From NCBI RefSeq assembly GCF_036971445.1, contig NC_091473.1, forward strand, positions 227,478,001-227,538,761: 60,761 nt of DNA, written 5' to 3'. Positions 25,840-37,156 of this stretch are shown in pieces. Source of the DNA: Narcine bancroftii. Taxonomy: Eukaryota. Each line of letters opens with the position of its first letter. The first letter of the stretch is position 1. The position numbers and the translations under genes are program-made. Below the pieces are notes generated by a model, which saw nothing but the letters and a program-made list of their open reading frames with translations, did no database searches and was not told where the DNA came from.

Positions 25840-26791
25840 ATTTTATTACCATAAAGGTTTTTTTAACTGCATCTCACCAGCCAGGGTCGCAGGCACCACC
25901 TTACCGGTCTGAATCCGACAACGACTCCGACAATGACTGGGTACTGGCATCGATTGTTCTTGACCAGCACAGCCCCCACCAGCTCGCTCGTTCAATGATG
26001 GTGGTCCAGGTAAATGATAATCTCATTAACTGCCTATTCGATTGTAGGAGCACAGAGAGCTTTGTGCATCCCAACACCGTGCAGGACTACTCTCTCGCGG
26101 TGAGCCCAGTGAATTGTAAGATTTGTGGCTACTGCATGGTGACTCTGACTGTATGTGGCACAACTTATGAAAATGTTAAACTATTACTAATGCCTTAGCT
26201 CTGCGTGCCTATGATACTGGGATTGAACTTCCAGTGTCACCTGAAGAGAATTACTATGGAATTCAACAAACCCTATCCCCCCCTCATGGTTTGCAACCAT
26301 CAGTTTTTAAACTGGCCGCCCTCCCCTCTGCATGTGACCAAGCGGCATACCACAACCCACCCACCACATCCCACCTGCGGGCTGTCCACTCTCCAGATAC
26401 CCACGCCCCTGTTCGCCAATCTCACCCCGACTGTAAGCCGGTTGCTACAGCATTGAGGATAGGGCATTCATTAGGTCAGAGGTGCAATGGCTTCTGGCTG
26501 ACGGGGTCATTAAACCAAGTCCTAGCTCCTGGAGAGCCCACAACGTGGTAATCAAAAATGAGGAAAAACTCCACATAGTGATCGATTACAGTCAAACCAT
26601 CAATTGTTTCACGCAGCTGGATGCATATCCTCTCCCTCATATTGCCAATATGGTGAACCAGATTGCTCAGTACTGGGTTTTCACCACCGTAGATTTAAAA
26701 TCGGCATATCGCTAGCTTCCCATCTGCCTAGAGGATTGACGGCCACCTCAACTACCCTCTACGGGTGCCCATTAGAGCCAGCAACAATGTC

Positions 26792-28598
26792 AAGAGGAAA
26801 AGATTGGTGAAATCCAGAGTAGGTCCTTTGCAGTTGGAATCAGGGGAATATATAATGTGGAATAAGGAAATGGCAGACCAATTAAATTCTTACTTTAGTT
26901 CTGTTTTTACAAGAGAGGATACAAATAACCTCCCAAGGATGTTGGGAAACATAGAGACTAATGCAAGGGAGGAACTGAAAGAAATCAGTATCTCTAAGGA
27001 CATGGTCTTGGGGAAATTGATGGGATTGAAGGCAGATAAATCCCAAGGGCCTGATAATCTACATCCTAGGGTACTCAAGGAAATGCCCATTCAGATAGCA
27101 GATGCTTTAAGAATTCTTTTCCAGAACTCGATAGACTCAGGATCAGTACCCATGGATTGGAGGGTAGCTAATGTTACCCCACTATTTAAAAAGGGGGGTA
27201 GAGAAAAAGCAGGGAATTATCGGCCGGTAAGCCTTACATCAGTAGTGGGCAAAATGATGGAATCCATTATTAAGGATGTAATAGCGGAGCATATGACTAG
27301 CAGAGAAGGGATTGGACAGAGTCAACATGGATTTACAAAAGGTAAATTATGCTTGACAAATCTATTGGAATTCTTTGAGATGGTGACAGGTAAAATAGAT
27401 GGGGGAGAGCCAGTGGATATGGTATACCTGGACTTCCAAAAGGCCTTCGATAAGGTCCCGCATAAACGACTGGCTTCCAAAATCAAGGCTCATGGGATTG
27501 GGGGCAAAGTATTGATGTGGATTGAGAACTGGTTGGCAGGTAGAAGACAGAGAGTTGGGATAAATGGTTCGTTTTCTGAGTGGCAGGCGGTGACCAGTGG
27601 GGTGCCACAGGGATCTGTACTGGGACCCCAGCTGTTCACAATTTACATTAATGATCTGGATGAGGGGATTGGATGTAATATCTCCAAATTTGCAGATGAC
27701 ACTAAGCTAGGAGGGGTTGTGTGCACGGAAGAGGGGGACAGGAAGCTCCAGTGTGATTTGGATAAATTGAGGGACTGGGCAGATACATGGCAAATGCACT
27801 ATAATACAAACCGGAGGGCAGATTACTATTTGAATGGCAATAGATTAAGAGATGGGGAAGTGCAGAGAGACCTAGGGGTACTTGTACACCAGTCTCTGAA
27901 GGCGAGCATGCAGGTACAGGCAGCAGGCGGTTAAAAAGACAAATGGTATGTTGGCCTTCATATCAAGAGGGTTTGAGTATAGGAACAAGGATACCTTACT
28001 GGAGCTGTACAGGGCCTTGGTGAGACCCTACCTGGAGTATTGTGTGCAGTTTTGGTCACCTTATCTAAGGAAGGATGTTCTTGCAATGGAGGGAGTGCAG
28101 AGGCGATTCACCAGGCTGATACCTGGAATGGCAGGAATGACTTATGAGGAAAGATTGCGCAAATTGGGATTGTACTCGCTGGAGTTTAGAAGATTGAGAG
28201 GGGATCTCATAGAGACCTATAAAATTCTGGCAGGACTGGACAGAATGGATGCAGATGGGATGTTTCCAATGATGGGAAAATCCAGAACCCGGGGCCATGG
28301 TTTGAGGATAATAGGCAAACCATTTAGGACTGAGATGAGGAGGAATTTCTTTACCCAGAGGGTGGTGAATCTGTGGAATTCATTGCCACAGAGGGCAGTA
28401 GAGGCAGGTTCATTAAATGTATTTAAGAGGGAATTAGATCTATTTCTTCAGTATAAGGGTATTAAAGGTTACGGAGAGAAGGCGGGGACGGGGTACTGAA
28501 CTTTAAGATCAGCCATGATCTTGTTGAATGGCGGAGCAGGCTTGAAGGGTCAAATGACCTACTCCTGCTCCTATCTTCTATGTTTCTATGTTTTTTCT
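26792..28598 (+). mobile_element. Young 5'-truncated CR1 LINE inserted into Gypsy RT
   Basis: Long RT ORFs (NYRPVSLTS, YLDFQKAFDKVPH, GVPQGSVLGP, KFADD); (TTCTATG)n tail; host frame VPIRASNNV / SVFQRE resumes on both sides; ATGTC is repeated at the junctions. Confidence 0.93.
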
Positions 28599-29010
28599 AT
28601 GTCTCCGTTTTTCAGAGAGAAATAGACCAAATGGTGGACAAGCGCGGGCTCAAGGCCATGTTCCCCTATTTGGATAATGTCACCATCTGCAGCCATGATC
28701 CATAGGACCACTACGCAAACTTAGAAAAATTTCTCCAAACAGTCAAGGCACTCAATCTCATAATAAAAATAAATGTGTGTTCCGCACATCACGTCTGACC
28801 ATCCTTGGTTGAGTCGTGGAACATGACGTCATCAGTCCTGACGCCAACCCCGCTAATGGAGCTCCCACTCCCTCACAGCTAAACGGCCCTGAAGAGGTGC
28901 CTGGAATTCTTCTCATACTATACCCAATGGATCCCCAATTACGTGAACATGGCCCGGCCCCTCATGGAAGACACCTCTTTCTCCCTGTTGGCGGAAGCTC
29001 GGGTGCCCTT

Positions 29011-29210
29011 TGTAGCGCATCGAATGACTCAAAGACTTGTTGACAAACCAAGGCTTTTATTAACAAAAGACTGGAGCGTAGTACATCGAGGTTGACCACC
29101 ATCATTTATGACCTGCCAGTAGGCGTGGCTACGGCTCTCAGCCAATCACTACCACATAATATAAAAATATACAAATATATACATTGGTGATAGTATCCTG
29201 TACTATCACA
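29011..29210 (-). mobile_element. Solo LTR nested in Gypsy pol
   Basis: TG...CA termini; exact 5-bp TSD CCCTT (29006-29010 / 29211-29215); reverse-complement similarity to 8325-8555. Confidence 0.85.
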
Positions 29211-30531
29211 CCCTTCACCCCGCATCAAAGGAGACATCACCAAGGCCGTGGACGAATCCATCCCATTCCAGGTGGAGAGTGATGCCTCCAACTTTGCCGT
29301 ATTCACCACTCTTAACCAAACGAGCAGACCTGTGGCATTTTTCTTCTGCAACCTCTGTGGCCCTAAGTTCGGCACTCCTCTATCGAGAAGGAGGCTCAGA
29401 CAATCATTGAATCAGTATGACACTGGAGGCACTACCTGGCCAGCAAATGATTTACCTTTCTGATTGATCAACATGCAGTCACTTTTATGTTTAATAATAA
29501 GCAGCGGGATAAAATCAAAAATTATAAGATTCTGAAATGGAGAGTAGAACTCTCTACTGAGAACTATGCCACCTTGTACCGGCCTGGGAAGCTGAACGAA
29601 CCTTCAGATGCCCTGTCCCAGGGGACATGTGCCAGTGTGCAGTCTGACCGACTCTAGGCCCTGCACAATTACCTCTGTCACTCTGGGGTCACCAGGCTTT
29701 TTCACTTCACCAAAGCCAGAAACCTTCCCTATTCCATTGATGACATCAGAAAGCTGACCAGAAATTGGTGGGTCTGTGCTGAATGCAAGCCCCGCTTCTA
29801 AAAGCCTGACAAGTCACACCTGATCAAAGACACCCGCCGCTTTGAATGCCTGAGCATGGATTTCAAGGGGCCCCTGCCCTCCTCCAACAGAAACCTGTAC
29901 TTCCTCAAGGTCGCTGATGAGTACTCCTGAGTCCCCTTTGTTATTCCCTTCCTGGACATGACCAAGGCCACGCTCATAAAGGCACTGTGCAGCATCTTAA
30001 CCCTATTTGGGTACCCAAACTACTTCTACAGTGATCGGGATTCTCTTTTATGAGCGACGAGCTGCGTCAGAACATTTTGGTGCAGGGCATCACCACCAGT
30101 AGAACCACTAACTATATCTTCCTGGAGGAACGGCCAGATGGAAATGGAGAATGCCACCATTTAGAAGGCAATCCTCCTAGCATAGAAACCGAGAGGTCTA
30201 CCCATCTCCCATAGGCAGGAGGTCCTCCCCGAGGCACTCCATGTGATTAGATCCATCCTGAGTACAACCACTAACACCATGCCACAAGAACGACTGTTTT
30301 TCTTCCCCAGGAAGTCTGCGTCAGGAACAACGCTACCATCCTGGCTGACATCCCCAGGACCGATCCTGCTCCAGAGGGATGTACTGGTCGTAAGGTCAAC
30401 CCACTGGTTGAGAAGGTCTACCTCCTCAACGCCAACCCCCAATAAGCCTTCATGGCGTACCTTGATGTGCACAAAGATACCATCCCTGTCCAGGATCTGG
30501 CATGTACAGACTGCCACCAATCCAGTGAGAC

Positions 30532-30843
30532 CTTCTTTGGCCTGGCTTCGCGGATGAAGATTTATGGAGGGATATGTCCACGTCTGCTGCAGGCTCGTTG
30601 GTGACTGACAAGTCCGATGCGGGACAGGCAGGCACGGTTGCAGCGGTTGCAAGGGAAAATTGGTGGGTTGGGGTTGGGTGTTGGGTTTTTCCTCCTTTGT
30701 CTTTTGTCATAGGTCTTCTTCAAAGGAGGTGCTGCCCGCCGAACTGTGAGGTGCTGAGATGCACGGTTGGAAGCGATATCAGCCCACTGGCGGTGGTCAA
30801 TGTGGCAGGCACCAAGAGATTTCTTTAAGCAGTCCTTGTATCT
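30532..30843 (-). mobile_element. RTE-clade LINE 3' end nested in Gypsy
   Basis: RYKDCLKKSL..FPCNRCNRACLSRIGLVSHQRAC; close match to 59461-59800. Confidence 0.88.
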
Positions 30844-31143
30844 CAACCACCATTAACCATTACATACACGGACACCCTACCCTGACCCATGCGCCTGATG
30901 CTCCGATCACCACGGCCAACCCCCAGCAGCCTGCCTCGACCCCCACCCCCTGCTGCACCTGTCCCTCCCCAGTCATTGGGTACACCCACTGCCAACCTGC
31001 CCCAAATTGACCAGGAACTGGCAGTGGCACCGCAGCCAGCACCACACGGTCCCTGAGACACAGAAGACCACCAGACCATCTGAACTTGTAATGGACACTA
31101 AACCCACTCCACCCTGCCGGACTTTGTTAAAAAGAGGGGTGAA

Positions 31144-31384
31144 TGTGGTGATACCCCTGTGGTTCTGTTATGCCATTAGTACTGTATCCATGTGTATGGC
31201 TGGCCCGCCTCCTCCTTGTAACTCCTCCCCCTGGAATTCCCTAATAAAGGTAATTACACCCGAGTCATTCCCTCAGTATGAATCCTGGAATCGGGTCAGC
31301 AACAGGAATATGTGTCCAGTCTTTTGGTAATAAAAGCCTGTCGTCTAGTAACTCCAGACCTTTGGCATTATTAATAGTCTATCT
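31144..31384 (+). repeat. Gypsy 3' LTR
   Basis: Follows the polypurine tract; direct repeat of the 5' LTR. Confidence 0.9.
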
Positions 31385-34300
31385 CTAGGTTTGAAAACAG
31401 TTTCTTTCCAACACCTATCAGGCTCTTGATCTCTTCTTTTTCCACTAATCAGTGATTACTTTGACACCACAAAAACACTTACTCTACTACTGTTTCTCCT
31501 GCATTAGGATAATTGTGAATATTTATCATCTATCTTTTTATTGTTTTTATTATTCCTTTGCCATGTAATTTAAGGTTTTCTATCGTAGTTTCTTATGAAG
31601 TTCCAGTTCGGTTGCAGCAAGAATTTTGCTGCATAATAAACTCATCATTATTATTATTATCATTTCCTGAAGCAACCTATTCTTTCACATAAAGATGGGT
31701 CCCACCTACATGACCCTCCCCATCGTCCAGAGGTGGTTCAAGTGCACACTGGAAGACAGGTTTCACAATGAACCATTATTATTATATATCACGTGTGGAT
31801 TCAATTAAGCCCAAGATTTCTTAGTGAGTCCACACTAAAGTAATTCCAGATGTTAAAGCAAAATTCTGCCGACTCCTTGGTTGAAAGAAAAACACATTGC
31901 GATAGGAACTCGGCAGGTCAAACAGTGTACTTTATAGAGCAAAGATAAAGATACATAACCAACGTTTTGGGCTTCATCAAGGTACAATCAAGGAGCATCT
32001 CCAGCATTGTGAGATACTTCCCTCAGCAGGATTGGAACTTTCCACTACATCGAGTAATGAAGATTTAAGGGGACACCATTTACATACAAGAGAAAGAACA
32101 GAATGCATTAGGATCGACTGGGAGGATATTAACTTGGAGCACATACAATAGGTTTAGGGGGACTGATGGGTTGGAATATTTTGGTTCTGCACTCTGAAAG
32201 TCTATTTAATTTTTTTAATATAGAATGAGTTGTACTTTTGCCTACCCTATCCTCATCTCTGCCATCAGGATCAAATAACCTTCTAATGCTTTCTCGTGAG
32301 GAACAGTCATGCAGTATCTCCTCACCAGGACCTGTCCTGTCAGCAGAGGTTTGGAGGAAGCTGGGGGTGTGGTGGGGGGGGGGGGGGGGGGGGAAGGAAG
32401 TTTGCACTACTACCTGAATTAAAGTAATGGAATCTTTCAGTTGCTTTCCACTGAAGCCCACAGTTCAAAGGGCAGATTTCACTGAAGTAAACCATTCCAG
32501 AATGAGAAAGGGTCCCTGCAACTGGCAAGGAATTCCCCTAGTGCCCCCTTCTCCCACCCCACAGCTCCTGCTGTGACAACTTGGCGGTCTGAGTGAATCT
32601 CAACCTACTGCCACATTTTGGCCTCAGGAATCCCAGCAACTGTCACTTCATTTTAGTGGAAAGAGTGTGTGCCCAGCCTAGTAAATGGTGCAGTAACCAT
32701 TTATACTGTCCTGATGCCCAAAGGTGAATCATTGAACAAAAATGTTAATAACCCATGAGACAGTGGCATAGCTGCAAGTATCAGCTCTGTCTCGAGCACT
32801 TTCATGCCAACCATGCCTCAGCCAGTTTCCAATTGATCCACAGACTCTAAAAATATACATTATCAACATCCCTGACATAGCTCTGCAACAAGATTTGCTT
32901 CTCTACAAAACCTTGAGTTCTTTTGGGGAATTTGTTTATATCCCATTAAGCTGGAACGGGATGTGTGCAATAATAAGATTGTGTGCATAGTTAAAAATCA
33001 ACCATAATTATGGCTTATCAGGAATGATCTTTGTACTTAGCCATGTAAGGTATGCATTTTACAAGGTCACAGATTATTTTATTGCAGGTCAGATGGAGAA
33101 GCAGCAGTAGGTTTAGGTGGTTAAATCAGTAGGATTGTGATGTTATCAGGTCAGCATGGAAGGACTATGGTATCACGCAGTGCTTCTGGATTTTCCATTC
33201 TGCTTCTGTGGGATGTGAGGTCAGCCAGAGACCCTTGCATTGATGGGGTGAGTGGGAGATGGGGACCAGTGGGCAGACGGTTTGTCCATCTGTCGCTAAC
33301 ACAAGCCTCCCATTTCATGGCCCCAGGTACCTCAGCGCCATCCAGAATACCCCTTTTCCATGTGGCATGGTCATAGGACAGTCAGTCCCAGAAGTCAGTG
33401 TGGATATGTCCATTTCTTCTAGGAGACTTTGAGTATATCCTTCAATCTTCTTCTCTGCAGCCCTGGCTGTTTTTACTCTTGACAGAGCTCACCATAAAGT
33501 GCCTGGTTTGAGAGACTGGTGATGGACATGCAGCCAGTGACCATTCCCACTGAACAACAGAGCAAGTCCTAATGAGACCAGGATCCCACCAAAATAACCG
33601 TCAGATGCAAATAAGGTGTTTTTATTCGATCCTATGGACCTTCATTCGGACAAAATCTAACTACTCCCCACATCCTGCGCACCAGACAATTCACCCAGTC
33701 CACGTTTGCAAGTAACTTCCAACCGGCAGATGAGCTAGTTCTTGGCACTTTTGGGATTTCTGCATCAATACTGTGGCATCCGTTTACGACTGCAGGCGAA
33801 CTCTTCCATGATTCCTCTCCCCATACCCTCACTCTGACCTTTTGCAAAGTCTCAACGCGGTGAATCATCCTGTTGTGCCGAGTATCATATCTTACAAGTT
33901 ATTCCAAACTCAACAGTGTTTGGCTCAGGGATCAATAGAACTGAAAAGGTTATCTCTTGACATTGAAATGGAGCACAGTGGGGATGCATTATGTTAAATT
34001 ATTTATAACCAGTCTCCCCTCTTATAAATATCCATCTCCACTGTCACTTCCATGTTTCTGGTTGCTAGACAGCGGGATACATTGTGCTTTTATTGACCTA
34101 CAGTTGGTGTGTGTCTAAGCATTTTCATGCAACAGCTGAGAATGAAGCAGCAAGGATCTTACAGGGTGCTGGAGTTTACCAGCAGGGCAGTATATTGGGC
34201 CAGAACCCAACACAGCTGGAAATCTGACTACAAAATTAACATGTATGCTGGAAATATTCTCCAGGTTTCCAGACAAAATAGAAATCAGTCAATGTGTAGA

Positions 34301-35064
34301 CCTCCTTTTCTCGGTTCAGACCTGGGGTATAACTTCAGACCTGACAAACTTCAAATCATACACCCTTTATTCACAAGCTTCCTTTGCTCAATTGATATAC
34401 AGAGTCTTGCTCATGAAGCTTAGATATCTGTAACCAAGTGAGCCCTGAACAAGACTGATTCTTGTATATTTTGGCCAAACATCATTGATTAGGGGTTCAC
34501 AGCTATCTCATGCTGCAGGCATGTCCTGTATCGGTCTTGAGCACCTCATCCTTGATCAGCCCAGCAGGTAGTAATCAGGACGGCGCCATCAGTTCCTCTA
34601 CAGCCATTATACTCATAATTCATGTCCATTGTACACAACCAGAAACGTCGACAATTGATGCTGTTGGACCCACCAAGTTCCTTTAGCAGTTTGTTTCCAG
34701 ATTCCAGCATGCAATCTCCTGTGTGTGTCTCTAATACTTCAGGTGTTGATCTTATCAATTAGAATGATCACTAGTCATTGATTGTATTTAAGGTGGAGAT
34801 TGATAGGTTCCTAATTAGCCGGGGCATCAAAGGTTATGGGGATAAACCCAGGCAGTGGGGGTGAGTGGGAAAATGGATCAGCTCAGCTCATGATTGAATG
34901 ACGAGGCAGACTCGATGGGCTGAATATTCCTGCTCCTATGTCTTATGGTCTCATATAGTAAAGTTCCTAATCAGGAACTTTAAGTCAGTTCCTCTGCAGC
35001 CATTGTACACATAAGTTGTGACCATTATGCACATAATAAGGTTATTTAAGCTGTTGAGGTAGTT

Positions 35065-35556
35065 CAGGGGTGGCCAAACTACGACCCCCTCTGGGCCAAC
35101 TGCAGCCCATTACCCATTTTTAAGTAGCTCATTCCAACATAGTGTCCAACAATAAATCACATTGTATTAACATTGCACCTCTTAGTTTCAACACTAGATG
35201 TCACTGCCATTTTCTGTTCTTATTTTGCACCCAACTTTTGATTTTGCACTGCTTTTTGAATGAGAGTTTTAGAGTTTTATTGTATTCATTTAACTTAAAT
35301 TCAAGAGCAGCAGATATAGAAATTCCTACTGTAATAAGTGAGCACATCGATAAACCAATGTAATGTCTACAGTTAAACTTTTCAGTCGTGTTGTATAGTT
35401 ATTTTGATAAACAATGAATATTCGATGGGCATGGGGATTTTATGATCTAAAAACATCATTTTCCTTGCAATGTAATTGGATGGAACATTCCAGACTTAAT
35501 ATTGTTTGGCCCGTGACTCCTTATATTTCTTTGTCTAAAAGGTTTGGCCACTCCTG
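35065..35556. mobile_element. hAT MITE (492 bp)
   Basis: TIRs CAGGGGTGGCCAAAC / GTTTGGCCACTCCTG; exact 8-bp TSD AGGTAGTT. Confidence 0.88.
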
Positions 35557-35874
35557 AGGTAGTTCAAGGCTGTGATCAAGTTTAATCATATCCCAATCCC
35601 TCCTGTCTATTTACAGAATTTCTCAAACTTGTGAGTCCTTCAAGCCTGGACAAGGAGATACCCCAAAAAGAAAGAGGGATGAGAAAGCAAGGGGAGAGGG
35701 AACTGGTTGTGTGCGTTACCAAATTGAAATTTGAACTTGCACCTATACTGGCTATTCTCTCTTCCCTCTGAATGGTTTACAGCAGATGTCCCTCACCATC
35801 GCTGATCACACCTTCACTTTCTGCACCTCGGTCTCCAACATCATTCAATCCAGACCTGTAGCAGGTAAACCTCG

Positions 35875-36266
35875 CGCTGCATTTGGACGTCTTCCCTTCT
35901 GATCTTGGGGCAGTCAGTGACAAACATGGTGAAAGGGTTCACCAGCACACCGCAATCATGGAAAAGCAGAATCAGGGCAACTGGAATCCATCAATGCTGG
36001 CCAACTATTGTTGGGCACTGAGAGGAGAGGCATCAGATGCCGAGTACAAAGAAAAATCAGCAGTAAAACATTTTTAGGTCAGTTGAACAAACGCAATGTC
36101 TCAGCTTCGTCATGCTAAATTTAATAAAAGTTCATTTAATGTTTCTCTAATGTCCTATGTGATACAGCAAATCTGAAATATCTTTGTGTTCAGCTTGAAG
36201 TTGTCTATCATAATCCCCAATTTTTTTTCAGGAAGCAAACCTTTTGAAAACATTTGTTGTCCAGTG
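35875..36266 (+). mobile_element. Chapaev3-like transposase C-terminus and right end
   Basis: LDVFPSDLGAVSDKHGERVHQ..MEKQNQGNWNPSMLANYCW peptide; ends in CCAGTG. Confidence 0.65.
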
Positions 36267-36777
36267 TGTCAAACACTCCAACAGTCAGCATTGCAAATCC
36301 TTGAAATTAAAAAAAAATCTTTCACCTTTGTATCTCATCAGGTGTATTCTTCCATGATATTTCCGACTCAACATCCCCACTGGGTGAATCACCTTCCCAA
36401 GTACTGTATTGCAATTTTACAACAGCCTTGGTTCCACACAAATGAGTCTTTTAGCACTCTCTGCTACTGCACTTTCTTTCCCAGTCATATTTTTGGCAAA
36501 TTGTGGAATGTAGATGACCAATTTTTCCTCATCTCCTGCTGGAGTTACAGAAGTAAGAACTGATGTGGGCATGTGGCCATGCTCTACATATCTTGAGTCC
36601 AGCTGACCAGTGGTTTTGTGGGGCATGGTAAGTGCCAACCCCAGTTTGAGTGGGTCCAGAATCTGCACTGTCCCCACAATCCAGTGGTTCAATTCAATCA
36701 ACGCTCCTGATTGTAGGGACACAGATCTGGCTCATCGCCATAACAAATATCTCGACCCACCTCTTATCAACAATCTA

Positions 36778-37108
36778 CAGCGCCCTCCATAATGTTTGGG
36801 ACAAAGACTCTTTTTTCTTTTATTTGCCGAGTTTTAAATTTGTAATCAAACAATTCACATGTAATTAAAGTGCACATTGCAAATTTTATTCATTTGGTTA
36901 TTGTAATACATTTTGGTTTGACCATGTAGAAATGATAGCACTTTCAGGTCATCATAACGTTTGGCACATTTGGCTTCCCATGTTTGTGAGTACTCGTGTA
37001 TCAATTGCTTCATTGGTGCAGGGGGATTACAAATGTAAAACTGCAGAACACAGAAGTAAATAAAGGAATAAAAATGTCTTTTTCCCCCAAACATTATGGA
37101 GGGCACAG
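36778..37108. mobile_element. Tc1/mariner non-autonomous element
   Basis: TA flanks; ~23-bp TIRs CAGCGCCCTCCATAATGTTTGGG / CCCAAACATTATGGAGGGCACAG. Confidence 0.85.
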
Positions 37109-37156
37109 TATATTCCCCAGAACCTGGACAGTCCTTCCCGACAGAAATACATTACA

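Larger units (their letters stand above)
25600..31384 (+). mobile_element. Decayed Ty3/Gypsy LTR retrotransposon with nested insertions
   Basis: LTRs 25600-25839 and 31144-31384; PPT AAAAGAGGGGTGAA; flanks TTAGG/CTAGG; PR (LFDCRSTESF), RT (IDYSQTIN..DLKSAY..YLDNVTI), RH (FQVESDAS) and IN (LCHSGVTR..CAECK, SMDFKGPLP) in Gypsy order. Confidence 0.92.

Noticed and set aside
26765-28499. Longest ORFs (389 and 183 aa) as a host gene
   Set aside because: They encode CR1 reverse transcriptase, 5'-truncated and frameshifted; the apparent N-terminus is Gypsy sequence.
32372-32393. Poly-G runs (also ~6222, ~22380, ~40934) as G-quadruplex elements
   Set aside because: These are simple homopolymers with no supporting context, and their length is unreliable in assemblies.
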